A DNA stretch of 64,000 nt from Myxococcota bacterium. GTDB lineage: Bacteria > Myxococcota_A > UBA9042 > PHBI01 > JAWLBL01. The notes under the pieces are model-generated. The model had not been told where the DNA came from. It was given only the letters and a program-made list of their open reading frames with translations, and did not search any database. Position 1 is the stretch's first letter, and each line of letters opens with the position of its first letter. Shown piece after piece: positions 27,726 to 36,060 of this stretch. The stretch spans positions 1 to 64,000 of the forward strand of contig JAWLBL010000004.1 of assembly GCA_041687695.1 (NCBI GenBank), read 5' to 3'. The position numbers and the translations under genes are program-made.

Positions 27726-29093
27726 TCATGGGCCGGCGCTCCGCTTCGTCAGGAAGTCGAGCGCGTGGGGACCGCCGGGCTTGTGGAAGGGGCCACCGTC
27801 GATGGAGAGGTGGCCGTAGGCGGGCGAGAGGTGATTCGGATCGAGCTGCCAACGGCCCCAGACCAGGTGTCTGGTGCCCGAGACGTCCCGATACTCGCCG
27901 TCGCAACACACCTCGGCAGTCTCGCCGAGCCACTGGTTGAGCCAGCAGCCCATCCTGACCACCGGTCCCTTGACCGGATCGCCCCAAGCCACCGTCCACT
28001 TCGCGCCCACCCCGAGCGCGACGAGCGGCCTCGCCGGGAACGCCACCGCGGACAGCTCCTGCGCGTACGGGTCCCCGCCGCTGGACGGCCGCTGCACCCG
28101 CACCTGGCTCGTCGCGTCCTCGACGATGGCGATCCGCCCCCCGCCGGCAGGCTGGCGGGGCGCGCTCGGTCCACCCACCGCTCGCATCACCCGGAGCGAC
28201 ACCTCGGCGCTGGCGCCGCGGGCTCTCCCCGTGGTCACTTCGACCTTCTCCGCCACATCGCGGAAACCTCCGGAGACCATCTGGACGAAGACCTCGAGCT
28301 CCTCACGTGCTTCGGATCTCGGCACCCAGGCCACGCTCTTGCGGGGCTTGCCGCCGCGCGTCTCGAGGGTCACCACGGGCGGCGACCTCATCGCGGCCAA
28401 CAGGCCCGGCATGGGGTTTGGCCGCGGGGCCGGCATCGCTGCCGGCTCCGGGCGCTCCATCGAGGCGTTGACCGCGTTCGAGCACACGTTGGGCACCGCG
28501 GTGTACGCGTCGAACGCAAAGAAGCGGTGGTGGCCGCCGCCTTGCTCAATCCACTGCTCTCTCCAGTTCCAGTAGGCGTTGTCGCGCTCTCCTTCGGGTC
28601 GGTGCTCCGGCGCCACTTGACCGGAGTGATACCGGGCTCGGAGCCCCCGCGGCTCGTGCCACTGGTTTCCGGCATCGACCCGTGCCCGGAGGGCGTTCCC
28701 GTCCCAGCGGCGCACGATGCTGTGACGGCCGACGGTCCAGCGCGCGACCTCGCCCAGATCGCGCCCCTTTGGGCTCTGCTCGAAGAGCACCACCACGTGC
28801 TCGTTGCAGGGCGTGTAGCGCGCCACCGCCACCTCGCCCTCCAAGCGTATCGTCCACGCGTCGTCGAACATGACCGAGACCCCGGTCTGCCGGTACATCC
28901 ACATGCCGCCGACGGTCCCTGCGGCGCGACCGTTCTGGTCCAGCAGGAGCTTCGAGTATCCCCGAGCGTGGAAGTCCCTACCGATCTCGACCCCGGCCGT
29001 CGTCCGAGAGGCGGGGGCAGGCCAGTCTGCTCCGGCCGGCCTGACCGACGTGAGGAGCAGCGTCACGAACACCGACACCGTGAGCAGCCGCAC
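27726..29093 (-). CDS. Hypothetical secreted protein
   Basis: Signal peptide MRLLTVSVFVTLLLTSVRPAGA; GGAGG before the GTG start; Trp-rich, with no recognisable family. Confidence 0.6.
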   Translation of the reverse strand: MRLLTVSVFVTLLLTSVRPAGADWPAPASRTTAGVEIGRDFHARGYSKLLLDQNGRAAGTVGGMWMYRQTGVSVMFDDAWTIRLEGEVAVARYTPCNEHVVVLFEQSPKGRDLGEVARWTVGRHSIVRRWDGNALRARVDAGNQWHEPRGLRARYHSGQVAPEHRPEGERDNAYWNWREQWIEQGGGHHRFFAFDAYTAVPNVCSNAVNASMERPEPAAMPAPRPNPMPGLLAAMRSPPVVTLETRGGKPRKSVAWVPRSEAREELEVFVQMVSGGFRDVAEKVEVTTGRARGASAEVSLRVMRAVGGPSAPRQPAGGGRIAIVEDATSQVRVQRPSSGGDPYAQELSAVAFPARPLVALGVGAKWTVAWGDPVKGPVVRMGCWLNQWLGETAEVCCDGEYRDVSGTRHLVWGRWQLDPNHLSPAYGHLSIDGGPFHKPGGPHALDFLTKRSAGP

Positions 29094-29506
29094 GTAATCC
29101 TCCGGATGCGTCGCGTCCTCTGTCCGACACGAGCCTGGACCGGGGGGAGAGAGGGTGTCAACGCAGTCGATGTGCCCTCAAGACGTAGCCCTGTCTACGA
29201 CCCGCCCCGCGTTGCGAGCAGACCGGCCGCCTCCGGGCGCACGCTGGCGACCGACTCCCGTGGGGGCCCTGCTTTCGTTGTGATTTTGAGCAGTCGTCGT
29301 GCGGGGGCGCGGTCCTCGGGCGCAACCTGGAGCTCAGGGGACAGGCCGGGTCCGGCTCCAACGCGTGAACTCATCGGCGCAAGTGGCGGCCACCGTCGAG
29401 GATGGATGCGACGAGACGAGCTCGTCCATGAGGTCGTTCGAAGGGCTGGCCGCTGACCCTCAGCCTCGCCGACGACCGCGACGCGGCTGAGGCGGAGGAA
29501 GCCGGA

Positions 29507-29636
29507 GCCGGCGGGTCGGCGGGGCAGGGGACGTTACCGCGCAAACGTGAGGTCGGCTCGAGAGGACGTCTTCGCGCGAACGTGGTGGTCGGGTCCGCGG
29601 GCCGGTGGATCGGTAGATGACGTGACCCCGGAAACG
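29507..29636. repeat. Inverted, diverged copy of the 19704-19848 REP-like array
   Basis: gaggacgtcttcgcgcgaacgtggtggtcgggtc...gccggtggatc...gacgtgaccccggaaacg aligns to the reverse complement of about 19720-19795. Confidence 0.7.
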
Positions 29637-29912
29637 GACGATGAAGTCTCGGGGACTCAGGGGGCAGGCCGGTCAGGCCCCGACTCGTCGACTTCTGAGA
29701 CCCCTCGTCTTCAGACCTCGAATGGTAGGTCGTGCATGAAGGGCGGGAGAACGGCCTGCGCGGACCGCGATCTCGCTTGAGAGGCCGAGCCGGGTTGCCC
29801 TGGAGTGGGCAGGCTGGTTCGGGCCACCGGACTGGATGCGCCGGACGATCGGTGGCACGAGATTCTGAACCGGTGTTGCGGCAAGGCTCCGACCATCGAA
29901 GCGCTTCGGCTG

Positions 29913-30350
29913 TCAGGAGCCCGGTTCGATGCGCTCGACCAACACGAACTCCACGCGCTGGGGCTGGCCGACGTCCTCACGGAAGCCGAACGTCAGGCCC
30001 ACGCTCGCCACGATGATCTGCTCGACGAGGTCCTCGCGCGCGAGGCCCTGCAGCTCGAGCAGGGCTTCGACGTCGGCGCGTTCGAAGCCGCTGACGTCGT
30101 CGTCGAACACGACAACCGGCGCGAGTCGGTTGTCCTGCATGCGCGCGAACACCATGAAGCCGCGGGCCGCGCCCTCGCAGTATTCGACCTGAACCCCGTG
30201 CATCAGGAAGCTGTCTGTGCGATCAGGCGCGTTCGAGGGCAGGAAGCTGAGCACCGTCGAGTCGGTTCGCGTCCACAGCTGCGGCCGGGTCATGCCCAGT
30301 TCGAAGTCGCCGACGCCCACGCCGGGCTTGATGATGCGGGGTTCGTGCAT
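29913..30350 (-). CDS. Hypothetical protein (IxPGxGVGxxxLGMTR N-terminus; possibly immunity-like)
   Basis: 145-aa ORF with protein-like composition downstream of the promoter-like repeat; the function is a guess. Confidence 0.5.
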   Translation of the reverse strand: MHEPRIIKPGVGVGDFELGMTRPQLWTRTDSTVLSFLPSNAPDRTDSFLMHGVQVEYCEGAARGFMVFARMQDNRLAPVVVFDDDVSGFERADVEALLELQGLAREDLVEQIIVASVGLTFGFREDVGQPQRVEFVLVERIEPGS

Positions 30351-30449
30351 GGCTGTCGGTCAGGAGCAGGGCGGCTCGTCCTGGAGCGGCACGGGATCAT
30401 GGGGATCTCATGACAGGCTCGCGACTCGGGCGTCGGGCTGATGGCCGTC

Positions 30450-30565
30450 ATCATGCCTGCTACCGGCCCCCGCGTCACCGACGAACTGGCTGGCGCCGGC
30501 CCATGGGACTGACAATCCCAATTGTTCCTACTACCGGCCCCCGCATCACCTGCGCACTGGCTGGC
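30450..30565 (-). repeat. Two tandem copies (~70-bp period) of the dispersed promoter-like element
   Basis: ctaccggcccccgcrtcacc...actggctggcgccgg occurs twice; the minus strand gives GTGACG-N17-CATGAT and GTGATG-N17-AACAAT. Confidence 0.7.
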
Positions 30566-30671
30566 GCCGGGCGCAGGTCTGCGCCTGGTTCGCCTGAGCC
30601 CGTCTTTTCGGTAGTCTTTGGGGTGGTTTGGCTTGCGGGTGCGTGGTCCTGGGACGCGCCGTGGGCTGTGG

Positions 30672-30900
30672 TCACGGGAGGTCCAGGCAGTCCTGGGGGG
30701 GAACTCGTCGCGGGGGCGGTGTCGGAGGGCTGGAGGGCAGGCCGAGGTGCTCGAGGATGGCTCGCGCGGCGGAGGGGCAGGTGACCAACGCCAGGAGGGT
30801 GCGGCGGGCGCCGCAGTGGGCGCAGGTCAAGACGTCGATGCCGACGGTGAGACGCATCAACTCGGCCCAGGCTCGTGCGCTCCCGGCGGGGCGTTCGGCG
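30672..30900 (-). pseudogene. C-terminal remnant of an IS91/ISCR-like rolling-circle transposase
   Basis: WAELMRLTVGIDVLTCAHCGARRTLLALVTCPSAARAILEHLGLP...PPQ matches the W..L..R...IDV..C..CG...ILxHLGLP...PP tail of IS91-like transposases; the catalytic region is absent. Confidence 0.7.
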
Positions 30901-31139
30901 GGAGCGCACGAGCTGGGGCTGGGGGGAGGCCGGTCTGGCCGGGCGCACGTTGTCCGGAGGCACCGCGCCGCAGTGAGCAACGTCCCGTCAAGTGGTGGAT
31001 GAGCCCGGGTTCCGTTCGAAAGAGACCACGCATCGCAGTCGTCGGAGCTGTGGTCGGTGTGGGAAACCGCAGCGCGGTTGTCCAAGCGTCTCGTGGGCGA
31101 AACGGAGCTTCGTCCAAGGCGCCGGCGGTCAGGTGGTGG

Positions 31140-31425
31140 GGTCATGGGTTGGCTGCGCGAAGATGGCCTCGACCGTCGCGTTGACCGCTCACTGCGCCAC
31201 CTCGTGCTGCACGTGAGTGGGCAGGCTCCGCATGAAGCGGACGCGACAACGCTGCCAGGCCGTTCCGTTGAGGACGCCGCGCCGAGCGCGTGCCAGGCCA
31301 GCGTCGGCGTCCGAGATGACCAGCTGGACGCCTTGCAGTCCGCGTTCGATGAGGCCGCCGAGGAAGCTACGGCACGCGTGCTCCATCTCGCCGTCGGCTA
31401 CGGTGATGCCCAGCACCTCTCGAGC
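31140..31425 (-). pseudogene. Internal fragment of an IS256-family transposase
   Basis: REVLGI...FLGGLIERGLQGVQLVISDADAGL...AWQRCRVRFMR matches the IS256 core (RGLxGVxLxxSDxHxGL; WQRCxxHFxRN) with both His positions changed; stop at 31189, then AIFAQP; no N- or C-terminus. Confidence 0.8.
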
Positions 31426-31483
31426 ATGGCGCGGCCGGGGCCGGGGTTGCGGGGGCCGGTCCTGGGGGCGGGGCGTAGGGGGG

Positions 31484-33298
31484 TCACGTGGAGGCGAGGG
31501 CGGGGGCGGTCGCGGGGGTGGTGGCCGCGGCGCCCGAGCCGTGGGGGGTCGGGGTGCGGGCGGTGAGCGCGGCGGTGCCGACGCCGACGCGGGAGAGGAC
31601 GCCGGTGGCGGAGGCGCTGAGCTCGGCGGCGTTGGCCTCGTCGGTGTCGATGTGCATCTCGAGGGTGAACTTGGGGCTGACGCGGATGATGACGTCGCCG
31701 AAGGTGAGGTCGCGGACGCCGCCCGAGATGCGGACCTCGACCTCGTCGCCGTCCTCGACGCCGTAGGCGAGGGCGTCGGCCGGGGACATGTGGATGTGGC
31801 GCCAGGCGCAGATGAGGCCCTCGGGGAGGTGGACGCGCCCGTGGGGGCCGACGAGGGTGATGGGGGCCGAGCCCTGGGTGTGGCCGGAGCTGCGGACGGG
31901 GGCGTCGACGCCGAGGAAGAACTCGTCGGTGCGCGACACCTCGACCTGGCAGGCGCGCCGGAGGGGGCCGAGGATGCGGACCCGCTCGAGGGTGCGGCGC
32001 GGGCCGACGACGTCGACGGTCTCGTTCGCGGCGAACTGGCCGGGCTGCGACAGGGGGTTGCGCGGGGTCAGCTCGGAGCCGGGGCCGAAGAGCAGGTCCA
32101 TGGCCTCGCGGTCGAGGTGGACGTGGCGCGCGCTGACGGCGATGGGGATGGGGCCGGGCTGGAGGGCGCGGGTCTGGTCGCGGACGACCTTGGCGGTCTC
32201 CTCGGCGATGAGGAGCTCCTCGCTGGTCGCGACGACGAGGGCCGCGACCGGCGAGTTGGGCGCGCTGACGGCGGCGACGCGCCGGTCGGGACCGACGCGG
32301 GCGTCCTGGTTTCTGTCCTCGTCGAGGGTGAGGCCGAGGAACTCGAGGCGCTGCAGGATGCGGCGGCGCATGGCGACGGCGTTCTCGCCGATGCCGCCGG
32401 TCAGGACGACGGCGTCGACGCCGCCCATGGTGGCCGCGTAGGCCCCGATGTACTTGCGGACGCGGTGGGCGAAGACGGCGATGGCGAGGCGCGCGCCGTC
32501 GTCGCCCGCGGCGGCGGCCTCTTCGAGGTCGCGCAGATCGTGCGAGCGCCCGGAGAGGCCGAGGAGCCCCGCCCTGCGGTTGAGGTGCTCGTCGAGGGCC
32601 GCCACGTCGAGCGCGCCCGCGCGGAGGAGGGCCAGCAGCGCGCCCGGGTCGAGATCGCCCGAGCGCGTCCCCATCACCAGGCCCTCGAGGGGCGTCATGC
32701 CCATGCTGGTCTCGACCGAGTGGCCGTGCTCGACCGCGCATACGCTGGCCCCGTTGCCGAGGTGGCAGGTGACGAGCCGGAGCCGGTTGAGCGGCTGGCC
32801 GAGGTGCCGCGCCGCCTCGGCCGCGACGAAGGCGTGCGAGGTCCCGTGGAACCCGTACCGCCGGACGCCGTGCTCCCGCGCGAGGGCCTGGTCGATGGCG
32901 TAGGTCCGGGCCCGCCTGGGCAGCGTGTGGTGGAACGCCGTGTCGAAGACCGCGACATGCGGCACGCTGGGCAGCGCGGCGCGCGCGGCCTGGAGGCCCG
33001 CGAGGTTCGCCGGGTTGTGCAGGGGCGCGAGCGGCACGCAGGCTTCGATGGCCGCCACCACCTCGTCGGTCACCAGCGCCGGCTGGGTGAGCGCCTCGCC
33101 CCCGTGCACCACCCGGTGCCCCACCGCCCCGATCTCCACGTCGCCGAGCGCCGACAGCACCTCGGCCAGCGCCTGCTCGTAGGTCCGCTCGCCGCCGAGC
33201 CGCTCGACCACCCCCCGCCGCGACCCGCGCCGCGTCGCGACGTCCACCACCTCGTACTTCAAGCTCGACGAGCCGCAGTTGACGACCAGGACCTTCAT
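31484..33298 (-). CDS. ackA: Acetate/propionate kinase fused to a PduL-type phosphotransacylase
   Basis: AckA motifs: LVVNCGSSSLK, HRVVHGG, APLHNP, FDTAFH, RYGFHGTSH, HLGNGAS, TPLEGL, GGIGEN. PduL motifs: IAVSARHVHL, LSQPGQFAA, GPLRRACQVEVSRTD, RHIHM, EMHIDTDEANA. Confidence 0.92.
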   Translation of the reverse strand: MKVLVVNCGSSSLKYEVVDVATRRGSRRGVVERLGGERTYEQALAEVLSALGDVEIGAVGHRVVHGGEALTQPALVTDEVVAAIEACVPLAPLHNPANLAGLQAARAALPSVPHVAVFDTAFHHTLPRRARTYAIDQALAREHGVRRYGFHGTSHAFVAAEAARHLGQPLNRLRLVTCHLGNGASVCAVEHGHSVETSMGMTPLEGLVMGTRSGDLDPGALLALLRAGALDVAALDEHLNRRAGLLGLSGRSHDLRDLEEAAAAGDDGARLAIAVFAHRVRKYIGAYAATMGGVDAVVLTGGIGENAVAMRRRILQRLEFLGLTLDEDRNQDARVGPDRRVAAVSAPNSPVAALVVATSEELLIAEETAKVVRDQTRALQPGPIPIAVSARHVHLDREAMDLLFGPGSELTPRNPLSQPGQFAANETVDVVGPRRTLERVRILGPLRRACQVEVSRTDEFFLGVDAPVRSSGHTQGSAPITLVGPHGRVHLPEGLICAWRHIHMSPADALAYGVEDGDEVEVRISGGVRDLTFGDVIIRVSPKFTLEMHIDTDEANAAELSASATGVLSRVGVGTAALTARTPTPHGSGAAATTPATAPALAST

Positions 33299-33552
33299 GC
33301 CGGGAGACCTCCGTGGGGGCGCCTTGGTTGGGGCGCGCGGAGCATACCCCAGCCGGCCTCGTCCGTGACACCCACGCGACGTCCGCCGCTCGTGTGAAGC
33401 CATCTCGAGGCCGGCCGCATCCAGTCCGGGGGGCCAGCGCGGCCGCGGAACGGCCGACGCGTGCGCCTGCCCGGCGGTGAGCCCAGACGGGGCCGGCACC
33501 CGCCGGCCTGGCGCCGTGGCCGTCCGGCGCGTCGCGGTGTAGGGTGGGCGGC

Positions 33553-34914
33553 ATGCGACCTCGGGTGCTCATCGCCGACGACGACCGCGGCGTCCGCTTC
33601 ACCGTGCGGGAGATCCTGGAAGACGCGGGGCTCGAGGCCGCCGAGGCGGCCGACGGCGCCGAGGCGCTCGCGCGGCTCGAGCGGGGGGGCGTCGATCTCG
33701 TCCTGGCGGACCAGCGGATGCCGGGGCTGGACGGCCTGGCCCTGCTCGAGGCCCTGCGCGGGCTCGCGGACGCGCCGCCGCTCGTGCTGCTCACCGCGCA
33801 CGGCTCCGAGCGCCTGGCCGTCGAGGCGATGAAGCGCGGGGCGGCCGACTACCTGCCCAAGCCGTTCGACCCCGAGGAGCTGGCGCTCGTCGTCGAGCGC
33901 CACCTCGAGCGGGCGCGGCTCGACCTCGAGAACCGGCGCCTGCGGGCCGAGCTGGCCCTGTCGCGTCACATGATCTTCCGCTCGGGCGCCATGCAGCGCG
34001 TGGCGCTCCTCATCGAGCGCGTCGCGCGGCGGGACACCACGGTGCTCATCTCGGGAGAGACCGGGACCGGCAAGGAGCTCGTCGCGCGCGCCCTCGTCGC
34101 GGCCTCGTCGCGCGCCGACCGGCCGTACGTCCGCTTCAACTGCGGCGCGCTGCCGGCCGAGCTCGCCGAGGCCGAGCTGTTCGGTCACGCCAAGGGGGCC
34201 TTCACGGGCGCGCACCAGCCGCGGACGGGCGTCATCCGGCAGGCCGCCGGCGGCACGCTCCTCTTGGACGAGGTCGGCGAGCTCGCCCTCGGTGTCCAGG
34301 TCAAGCTGCTGCGCTTTCTGCAAGAGGGCGAGGTGCGGCCCGTCGGCAGCGACCGTCCGGTGGTCGTAGACGTCCGGGTGCTCGCGGCGACCCATCGGGA
34401 TCTGGAGGCCGAGGTGGCCGCGGGGCGCTTCCGCGAGGACCTCTACTATCGACTGAACGTCGTGCCCATCCGGGTGCCGCCCCTCCGCGAGCGCCCCGAG
34501 GACATCGCCCCGCTCGCCGAGCACTTCGCGCGCCGCTTCGCCGACCGCTTCGGGATGGAGCGCCTCACGGTGGCGCCGGCGCTGCTCGCGCGCCTGTCGG
34601 CCGCGTCCTGGCCGGGCAACGTGCGCGAGCTCGAGAACGCGCTCGAGCGCCTGGTTGCCCTGACCTCGGGGCCGGTGCTCGACGACGACGGCCTCGCGCC
34701 CGCCCTCGCCGACGCCTCACCCGCTGGCCACACCGAGGGCCTGCCGCTGAAGGAGCGCGTGGAGGCCTTCGAGCGCGGGCTGGTCGCCAGCGCCTTCGAG
34801 GCGGCTGGCCGCAATCAGAGCGAGGCCGCGCGCCGGCTGGGCGTCAACCGGCCGACCCTCATCGGCAAGCTCAAGAAGTACGGCCTCGTGCAGGACGGCG
34901 AGGCGGAGGGCTGA
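33553..34914 (+). CDS. NtrC-type sigma54-dependent response regulator (REC-AAA+-Fis HTH)
   Basis: LIADDD, DQRMP, GETGTGKE, ELFGHAKGAFTGA, LLLDEVGE, RFREDLYYRL, WPGNVREL, NQSEAARRLG. Confidence 0.95.
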   Translation: MRPRVLIADDDRGVRFTVREILEDAGLEAAEAADGAEALARLERGGVDLVLADQRMPGLDGLALLEALRGLADAPPLVLLTAHGSERLAVEAMKRGAADYLPKPFDPEELALVVERHLERARLDLENRRLRAELALSRHMIFRSGAMQRVALLIERVARRDTTVLISGETGTGKELVARALVAASSRADRPYVRFNCGALPAELAEAELFGHAKGAFTGAHQPRTGVIRQAAGGTLLLDEVGELALGVQVKLLRFLQEGEVRPVGSDRPVVVDVRVLAATHRDLEAEVAAGRFREDLYYRLNVVPIRVPPLRERPEDIAPLAEHFARRFADRFGMERLTVAPALLARLSAASWPGNVRELENALERLVALTSGPVLDDDGLAPALADASPAGHTEGLPLKERVEAFERGLVASAFEAAGRNQSEAARRLGVNRPTLIGKLKKYGLVQDGEAEG

Positions 34915-34930
34915 GCGGCGGCAGGAGGCT

Positions 34931-35992
34931 TCAGCCCAGCATGGCCTTCAGGACGCCGTCGACCGGCCCCGGGTCGAAGCCGAAGGGCCCCTGGTCGCCG
35001 CAGAAGGCGACGCGCCCGTCCCGGATGACGTAGAGGCGGATGGGCCAGGCGTTGTAGTCGCGGCGCGCGGGGTCGCCCATCGCGTCGAGGACGAGCGGCA
35101 GGCGCAGGGCCTTCTTGTCGACGAGCCACGACGCCATCCGGCGGCGGTCCTCGAGCGTCCGGGCGTGCAGGAAGCAGAAGTCGGCGGGATCGCCCGTGTA
35201 CTCGGGATCCTGCTCGTACTGGCCCTCGATGGCCCAGCCGTCCTCGGGGTGAGCCTCGGTGATGTAGACGGCGAGGAAGCGCACGCCGCGCCCCGACCAC
35301 CGGTCGAGGAGCCGGTGCAGCTCGTCCAGACGACGGCGGAAGTGGGGGCAGCTGTAGGAGCCGAGGACGAGCACGGTCGGCGCCCCCGCGTCCCCGTCGG
35401 CGAACAGCGCCCCGAGGCTGGTCGCTTCGCCGTCGAGGGTGATCACCTCGCTGTCGGGCGCGGGCCGACCGACTGGCACGCCCTGGCCGCCGAGCGTGGT
35501 CCACCGGCGAAACTCGCGGTCGGGGGCGCTCTGCCGGGCGTCGCCGCCCAGCCGGGCCGATCTCACGATGGCGGCTAGCTCTCCGAGGAGGAAGGTGCGC
35601 GGCAGACGCGCCGACATCCGCCCCATCCCGGCGATGGCGAGGGTCAGCGCGCAGGCGGCGACGACCAGGAGGGGGAGGGCGACCCCGACGCGGCCGCTGC
35701 CGGCGACGAGCAGCGCGCCCCCGCTGGTGAGCAGCGTGACGCCGGACACGCGAGCGGTCTGCTGGATCTCCCTCGGGATCGCGGCGCCCGAGTAGCCGAC
35801 GCGCAACGGGCCGGCCAGGCCGATGGCGCCGAGCAGCGCGCCCGAGGCGAGCAGCAGCGGGCTGAGCTCGGGCTCGTTGGCAGGGAGGTCGCCGAGCAGG
35901 TGCACGGCCACCGCGGCGAGGGCGAGGCCGCCGAGGCCGAGTGCGGCGGCGGCGGCGCGGAAGAAGCGGTACGCGGGGAGGCTGGTCAGCAT
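34931..35992 (-). CDS. Membrane-anchored iodothyronine-deiodinase-like thioredoxin-fold protein (Cys form)
   Basis: About 4 N-terminal TMs, then GRPAPDSEV, PTVLVLGSYSCPHF, VYITEAHPEDGW, TLEDRR, YNAWPIRLYVI and GPFGFDP, which follow the deiodinase motif order. The active-site codon is TGC. Start set at ATG 35992 because ATG 36022 overlaps a -24 element. Confidence 0.8.
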   Translation of the reverse strand: MLTSLPAYRFFRAAAAALGLGGLALAAVAVHLLGDLPANEPELSPLLLASGALLGAIGLAGPLRVGYSGAAIPREIQQTARVSGVTLLTSGGALLVAGSGRVGVALPLLVVAACALTLAIAGMGRMSARLPRTFLLGELAAIVRSARLGGDARQSAPDREFRRWTTLGGQGVPVGRPAPDSEVITLDGEATSLGALFADGDAGAPTVLVLGSYSCPHFRRRLDELHRLLDRWSGRGVRFLAVYITEAHPEDGWAIEGQYEQDPEYTGDPADFCFLHARTLEDRRRMASWLVDKKALRLPLVLDAMGDPARRDYNAWPIRLYVIRDGRVAFCGDQGPFGFDPGPVDGVLKAMLG

Positions 35993-36006
35993 GACGGCAG
36001 CGCAGA

Positions 36007-36021
36007 GCACAAACCGTGCCA
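36007..36021 (-). promoter_or_regulatory. sigma54 -24/-12 promoter TGGCACGGTTTGTGC for the deiodinase-like gene
   Basis: GG-N10-GC with a perfect TGGCACG, next to an NtrC-type regulator and its kinase. Confidence 0.7.
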
Positions 36022-36060
36022 TGGCCGGTGTATGGTGGGGCCACCAGCCAGGAGGCGACC

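Noticed and set aside
30515..30535. IS91/ISCR oriIS-like TTGTTCCTACT
   Set aside because: Only a loose match, and on the opposite strand from what the minus-strand transposase remnant would require.
35340..35365. Selenocysteine in the deiodinase-like active site
   Set aside because: The codon is TGC (Cys) and the frame has no internal TGA.
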